A DNA stretch of 63,938 nucleotides, filler included, from an uncultured Methanosarcinales archaeon (GTDB lineage: Archaea > Nanobdellota > Nanobdellia > Woesearchaeales > CAYSVS01): the NCBI GenBank assembly GCA_964434475.1. It is 3 parts of 3 records of this genome, joined end to end, with 100 filler letters (N's around TTAATTAATTAA, not from the genome) between each part and the next. Parts side by side here need not be neighbours in the genome. Positions count along the whole stretch, not along the records: positions 51,438 to 63,938 come from CAYSVS010000037.1; 2 more parts are not named here. One strand, given 5' to 3'. Position numbers and translations under genes: made by a program. Shown here in pieces: positions 58,675 to 63,938 of the stretch (position 1 is the first letter of the stretch; every line of letters begins with the position of its first letter). Below the pieces are notes generated by a model that worked only from the letters and a program-made list of their open reading frames with translations, was not told the origin of the DNA and did not search any database.

Positions 58675-60465
58675 TCATTTTCGTTCTATAGCGTCAAATG
58701 CGCAAGCTTCATAGCAAGCTCCGCACTTTATGCACTTTTTCTGGTCAATAACATGCTTTTCTTTCAATTTTCCTGATATTGCATTAACTGGACAATGCCT
58801 TATGCAATTTCCGCAGCCTATGCATTTATCTGTAATATTATACGTTACTAGATTTTTGCATGCTCCTGAAGGGCAATGCTTTTTTTCGATATGTGACAAA
58901 TATTCTTCGTTAAAATTCTTTAAGGTACTCAAAACAGGATTTGGCGCTCCTTGGCCTAATCCACATAATGAATTTTCTTTAACATATTCAGCTAATTGCT
59001 TAAGCTTGTCTAGGTCTTTCTTATTGCCTAATCCTTTAGTTATCCTTTCTAATATTTCATGCATCCTTTTTGTGCCTTCCCTGCACGGAGTGCATTTTCC
59101 ACAGCTCTCTGATTGCGTAAATGACATGAAATATTTCGCAACATCTACCATGCATGAATCCTTGTTCATAACTACTAATCCTCCGCTGCCCATCATAGCT
59201 CCTACACTTTGCAGAGATTCATAATCCAACGCAAGATTGATGTGTTTCTTAGTAATGCATCCGCCGGCTGGACCTCCTGCCTGCAATGCCTTAAATTTGT
59301 TGTTATCTTTCATGCCGCCACCTATGCTATATACAATATCTTTTATCTTGATACCCATAGGCACTTCTATAACTCCTGTTCTGTTAACCTTACCAGTTAA
59401 ACAGATAATCTTTGTTCCTTTTGTTTTTTCTGTCCCTATCTTATTATATTTTTCAGTGCCAATCTGCATTATTGTTGAGACATGGCATAAAGTCCCGACA
59501 TTATTGATGTTTGTAGGCAATTCATCTATGCCTTTTTCTGCAGGATATGGCGGTTTTGCATTTGGATTTCCTCTATGTCCCATCACTGAGCTTATCAAGG
59601 CTGTTTCCTCGCCGCAAACAAATGCACCTGCACCTTTCTGTATAACAATATCAAAATCAAATCCTTTGATTCTAAGAATATCTTTTCCAAGAAGATTATG
59701 TTTTTTTGCTATTTCTATAGCTTGATGCAGTGTTCTTATCGCTAAAGGATATTCTGCTCTTGTATATATCATTCCTTCTTTTGAGCCAATGGCATACGCA
59801 GCTATCAACATACCTTCCAATAATCTAAAAGGATCGCTCTCCATTATTGTCCTGTTCATGAAAGCTCCAGGATCCCCTTCATCACCATTACATATAAGAT
59901 ATTTCTTGCCTTTTTTTGGCGCGATAAAACTCCATTTCAAACCAGTAGGAAAGCCAGCTCCTCCTCTTCCTCTTAAGCCGGATGCTTTTATATCTTCAAT
60001 AACATCATTCTGTGTTTTATTTAATGCATTCATCAATCCTTTAAATCCGCCAGTTGCTATGTATTGCTTCAAGCTTAACTGATCTACTTTGCCGCAATTT
60101 TCCATAATTAATCTTTTTTGTTTTTTATAGTATTCAATATCTTTTAATGATTTGCCAAGAAATAATTCTTTGCATACTTTGTTCTTTGTTATGCAATCAA
60201 CAAGCATATCTACTTTGTCTTCTGTGACATAACCATAAATAGAAAGTTTGCCGTTTTGCTTTACAGTAACAATAGGCTCAGCATAGCACATTCCTGCGCA
60301 GCCTACTTTATCTATAGGAAGATTTAATTCTTTAGCTAAAAGTTTGTTATATGTTTTCATAGCTCCTGCACTTATCCCGCAAGTAGCTAGGCCAATAGTA
60401 ATTCTATCTTGTTCTAATTCTTTTTTTCCTTTTTCTATATTTGTGATTTCTTTAAGTTGTTTCAT
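58675..60465 (-). CDS. hydB: NuoF-like diaphorase subunit of [FeFe]-hydrogenase (HydB)
   Basis: GLRGRGGAGFPTG, NGDEGDPGAFMNR, GAGAFVCGEETAL, ESCGKCTPCREG, C-terminal 2x4Fe-4S. Confidence 0.95.
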   Translation of the reverse strand: MKQLKEITNIEKGKKELEQDRITIGLATCGISAGAMKTYNKLLAKELNLPIDKVGCAGMCYAEPIVTVKQNGKLSIYGYVTEDKVDMLVDCITKNKVCKELFLGKSLKDIEYYKKQKRLIMENCGKVDQLSLKQYIATGGFKGLMNALNKTQNDVIEDIKASGLRGRGGAGFPTGLKWSFIAPKKGKKYLICNGDEGDPGAFMNRTIMESDPFRLLEGMLIAAYAIGSKEGMIYTRAEYPLAIRTLHQAIEIAKKHNLLGKDILRIKGFDFDIVIQKGAGAFVCGEETALISSVMGHRGNPNAKPPYPAEKGIDELPTNINNVGTLCHVSTIMQIGTEKYNKIGTEKTKGTKIICLTGKVNRTGVIEVPMGIKIKDIVYSIGGGMKDNNKFKALQAGGPAGGCITKKHINLALDYESLQSVGAMMGSGGLVVMNKDSCMVDVAKYFMSFTQSESCGKCTPCREGTKRMHEILERITKGLGNKKDLDKLKQLAEYVKENSLCGLGQGAPNPVLSTLKNFNEEYLSHIEKKHCPSGACKNLVTYNITDKCIGCGNCIRHCPVNAISGKLKEKHVIDQKKCIKCGACYEACAFDAIERK

Positions 60466-60467
60466 TT

Positions 60468-60926
60468 TTATTTTAGTTTAGACAATAATTCATCTATCTT
60501 TTTTTCGTCCATATTTCCATAGACTTCTTCATTAATCATTATTGCAGGAGCTTTTGCACAAGCACCTATGCAATTTACTGTCTCTATTGAGAATTTTGTA
60601 TCTTTTGTTGTTTCGCCAGCTTTTATGTTGAGTTTTTTTTCAAGATATTTTAATAGATGATCTGAATTATGTACGTGGCATGCTGTCCCTCTGCATATAC
60701 TTATGTTGTATTTGCCTTTTGGCTTGAACTTAAACATTGAATAGAATGTAGCGACACCATATATATTTACTAAAGGAATTTTCATTGATTTAGAAATTTT
60801 CTCCAATTCTTTTTTAGGCAAATAACCTAAATTATCTTGTATTGCCTGAAGTGCAGGAATCAAGTCATATTTCCCAGAATATTTTTTCAGGATATCTTTG
60901 GTTTTGTTAGTATTATCATTCACCAT
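60468..60926 (-). CDS. hydC: NuoE-like 2Fe-2S subunit (HydC)
   Basis: GVATFYSMF, CRGTACHV, CIGACAKAP. Confidence 0.95.
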   Translation of the reverse strand: MVNDNTNKTKDILKKYSGKYDLIPALQAIQDNLGYLPKKELEKISKSMKIPLVNIYGVATFYSMFKFKPKGKYNISICRGTACHVHNSDHLLKYLEKKLNIKAGETTKDTKFSIETVNCIGACAKAPAIMINEEVYGNMDEKKIDELLSKLK

Positions 60927-61530
60927 CTTTTTCAGAATTATTATAATATAGATATATAAAAGTTTTTATTTTTGATTTAGGGGTAATTATTTTTATTTTT
61001 ATTTTTTATATTTTAAAAATTAGGATAAATATCAACAAAAATTTATTTTTATTTTTTCATTACATGCGAGTAGTCTCGTCAATAAATAATATATTATTTA
61101 TAATTAAATTTACTATATTGTGAAACAAAACATTTATATATCAGATATAATTTAATATATAATTACGAGCAACAATGGTTATGCTTGACAATGAGGGTTG
61201 TCTTAGGCAGTAACTATACATGAGATTAAATTCAAAAAATATTTGATACACAAAAGGGGGGCGTGATCAGATGAGGGGTAACTTATTTTTATGTCAAAGG
61301 CCTATATTCTCTAGATTATTCTCTAAGCTAAATTGTGCATATCATAGATATATTTCATTTAGTTCACATTCATGTTGTTTCAGTATATTGATTTGGTTAA
61401 CCAAATTTAATATAGCAATAATAGTATGATTCCTGAATTAGTAGGTTTTCCGCCAAAAAAACTTTGCTGATTCTGGGGATATACTCAATGGAATATCCAA
61501 ACAATATTCCATACAGAAAAAGAGTGATTA

Positions 61531-63938
61531 ATGTTGGATAGAAAGAGGGGTGTACTAATATTTTGGATAATGATTATTCTAATTATGATTAGCTTTGTCA
61601 CCCTAAACAGATTTGATTCTTTGACTGGACTTGTTATATTCGAGCATGAAAATGTTGCTGAAGCAGAAAATTTATTCTTACAAAACCATTGGATATCTGT
61701 AGAAAACCCCTCTTACAGTAATGGTAATGCTATGGTAACTGAAGCAAACGATGAATTCACTTATTCTTTTTATGGAGATGCTGTAGCGATGTTGACTGCT
61801 TTTAGGCAGGATTTTGGCAAACTTGAAGTTACATTGGATGATGCAGAGACCATTACCCTCTATCTGTACTCTGAGAATGAAACATTTGGCGAGATGATTC
61901 TTTTTGAGGATCTTGAATTAGGCAACCATACCTTGGCTATGCATAAGGTTGAGGAAAATGAAACAACTTATGTTTTGGTTGATGCTTTTGTTGTAAGTAC
62001 AGGAATAGATAATGTTGAACTAAATGAATCAGAAGAAGAACAAGAAGAATTGCCTGAAATAAATGAAACTGAACAGATTGAAATCAATGAAACAGAACAA
62101 CCTTTGATTAACGATACAGAAGAACAACAAGAAGAATTGCCTCAAACTAATGAAACAACCCCTGAACTAGATGAAACAGAACAACCTTTGATTAACGATA
62201 CAGAAGAACAACAGGAAGAATTGCCTCAAACTAATGAAACAACCCCTGAACTAAATGAAACAGAACAACCTTTGATTAACGATACAGAGGACCTAAACTT
62301 AACAGAACAACCAGAAGTAAACAAGACAGAACAACCTCTTGATATTATTGAAAATAACGGCCTATTACAGCTGCAGAATCAACAATCTATCAACAAAAAT
62401 GATGAGATCTTAGTAGATGTTTCAGAAAAGATAGCATCAGAAGGAGAAGCTGATGTAATAGTTTTGCTTAATGATGAAGCTGAACAAAGTAAGAAAGGTG
62501 TTGTAACTATACAATCCAATGGCCTTGAATCAAAGATGCAAAGTATAAGGCAGAAACAAGATAATGTTTTATCTAGGTTGAATACACCTGACAAAGGTTC
62601 AACGATAATGTCAAATAAGGATTTTCAATTGGGAAATAGATATTCAACGATTCCTGCTTTTTCTGGTAAAGTAACAGCTTCTGGCTATCAAAAGCTGTTG
62701 GGTGATCCTGATGTTAAGGCAGTATATGGAGATAGGATTAGCCATTTATTTATGAATACATCAAACAACGTTATTCAAACACCTGAAGTATGGCCAATTC
62801 AGGTTAATGGCATAAATATAACTGGCACTAGTCAAACTGTATGTGTGATTGATTCAGGAATAGATCCAGTACATCCTTTTTTTGATGACAGGATAATAGC
62901 TCAATATTGTTATTGCAGTTTAAACAATGGCGCAAGCAGTGATTGTTGTCCTGATGGAACTGCAGAAGATGATAATGCAACTGATGATAATTCACACGGA
63001 ACACACGTTGCTGGTACTGTTGCATCAGGCCATAGTGTTTATAGGGGTGTAGCTCCGGATGCTAACATAATTGCTATAAAAGCATGTAATGCATCTGGAA
63101 GCTGTTCAGAAAGCGATTATGCAAAAGCAATTGATTGGTGTGTTGCTAATGCAAGTAAATATAATATATCAGTAATAACCATGAGTTTAGGAGGCGGAAG
63201 CTATAATGATCCTAGTTATTGTGATCAATTTACAGCAGGAGTAGCTATTAATACTGCTGTAAAACAAGGTATTTTTGTCAGTGTTGCATCAGGTAATAAC
63301 GGATATACTAATGGCATCTCATATCCTGCTTGCGCTTCAAACGCAACAAGCGTAGGAGCTACAACAGATGCAGATGTAGTGGCAAGCTTTACTAATAGAG
63401 ATGAAATACTTGATTTACTTGCTCCTGGTGTTGATATATGGAGTGCATATCCCTGCCAATTGGTTGGCAGTTGTCCTGGTGCTTATATAATAAGCAAAAG
63501 CGGAACTTCTATGGCTTGTCCGCATGTTGCAGGATTGGTAGCATTGATGGTGCAGTATGAACAATTGAATGGCAGGACAATAACGCCTTTAGAGATTAAA
63601 CAAGCAATGAATAAAAGCGGAGTGACTGTAAGCTCATGGAAAAGGATAAACGCTTCTGGAACTATTGCGTATCTGCAGGATGCAGCAAGTAATCATGCTT
63701 CAACTGTTGATTCAATTTCATTGAATGCAACATCTGCTGATAATTTTACTGATGATAATCTAACTTTACACTATACTATTTCAGATGCTGATGCTGATGA
63801 TGTTAAGAATATCACTAATTGGTTCAAAGATGGAAGTTCTATTACTATTCTAAATTCACCTTTTGAACCTGGACTGAATAATCTATCAGATTATGCTTTA
63901 GGTAATGTTTTTACAAATAATGGCGCTGATTATTTAGC
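61531..63938 (+). CDS. Second large secreted S8 subtilase (runs off window end; absent from ORF track)
   Basis: Open frame from MLDRKRGVLIFWIMIILI; acidic linker; triad VCVIDSG, HGTHVAG, GTSMACPHVAG. Confidence 0.9.
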   Translation, partial: MLDRKRGVLIFWIMIILIMISFVTLNRFDSLTGLVIFEHENVAEAENLFLQNHWISVENPSYSNGNAMVTEANDEFTYSFYGDAVAMLTAFRQDFGKLEVTLDDAETITLYLYSENETFGEMILFEDLELGNHTLAMHKVEENETTYVLVDAFVVSTGIDNVELNESEEEQEELPEINETEQIEINETEQPLINDTEEQQEELPQTNETTPELDETEQPLINDTEEQQEELPQTNETTPELNETEQPLINDTEDLNLTEQPEVNKTEQPLDIIENNGLLQLQNQQSINKNDEILVDVSEKIASEGEADVIVLLNDEAEQSKKGVVTIQSNGLESKMQSIRQKQDNVLSRLNTPDKGSTIMSNKDFQLGNRYSTIPAFSGKVTASGYQKLLGDPDVKAVYGDRISHLFMNTSNNVIQTPEVWPIQVNGINITGTSQTVCVIDSGIDPVHPFFDDRIIAQYCYCSLNNGASSDCCPDGTAEDDNATDDNSHGTHVAGTVASGHSVYRGVAPDANIIAIKACNASGSCSESDYAKAIDWCVANASKYNISVITMSLGGGSYNDPSYCDQFTAGVAINTAVKQGIFVSVASGNNGYTNGISYPACASNATSVGATTDADVVASFTNRDEILDLLAPGVDIWSAYPCQLVGSCPGAYIISKSGTSMACPHVAGLVALMVQYEQLNGRTITPLEIKQAMNKSGVTVSSWKRINASGTIAYLQDAASNHASTVDSISLNATSADNFTDDNLTLHYTISDADADDVKNITNWFKDGSSITILNSPFEPGLNNLSDYALGNVFTNNGADYL
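62086..62289 (+). repeat. 84-bp (28-aa) intragenic tandem repeat x~2.4
   Basis: NETEQPLINDTEEQQEELPQTNETTPEL units begin at 62086, 62170 and 62254. Confidence 0.9.

Noticed and set aside
58675..60926. NuoE/NuoF as respiratory complex I
   Set aside because: No other nuo genes; they are operonic with an H-cluster hydrogenase subunit.
61130..61530. Riboswitch or ncRNA upstream of the second protease
   Set aside because: No recognisable consensus or convincing fold by eye. An Rfam scan would be needed.

Overview
AT-rich archaeal DNA, most consistent with a DPANN (Woesearchaeota/Nanobdellota-like) genome bin. The taxonomy is inferred from gene content: TBP, MCM, PolD, Cdc6, aIF-1A/2beta, L37e, S8e and Sm, plus bacterial-type LspA and an [FeFe]-hydrogenase. 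The window is three contigs joined by artificial N44-TTAATTAATTAA-N44 linkers (26510-26609 and 51338-51437), so adjacency across the linkers is not evidence. Contig 1 carries tRNA-Leu(TAG), glycosyltransferases and translation/division genes. Its ftsZ-secE-spt5-rpl11 cluster is interrupted by a tandem pair of divergent primase-polymerase (AEP)-like paralogues. It also holds hisS, bud32, an MNT-HEPN multidomain protein and lspA. Contig 2 carries the most interesting locus: a compact RiPP-like operon made of an A24 prepilin peptidase, two HxsD-like proteins, an HxsB-like radical SAM/SPASM enzyme and a short precursor with a Flp-pilin-like leader. Contig 2 also has a sulfur/tRNA-thiolation cluster (TtuA, split ThiI, intein-containing IscU, IscS) and a replication block (tbp-mcm-rpa ... 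polC-polB-cdc6) with ORB-like boxes. Contig 3 carries two large secreted subtilases and a HydABC-type [FeFe]-hydrogenase operon with three unannotated, translationally coupled micro-membrane ORFs inside it. Two families of dispersed hairpin repeats and a probable IS end were also seen. All product calls come from motif recognition by eye; no searches were run.
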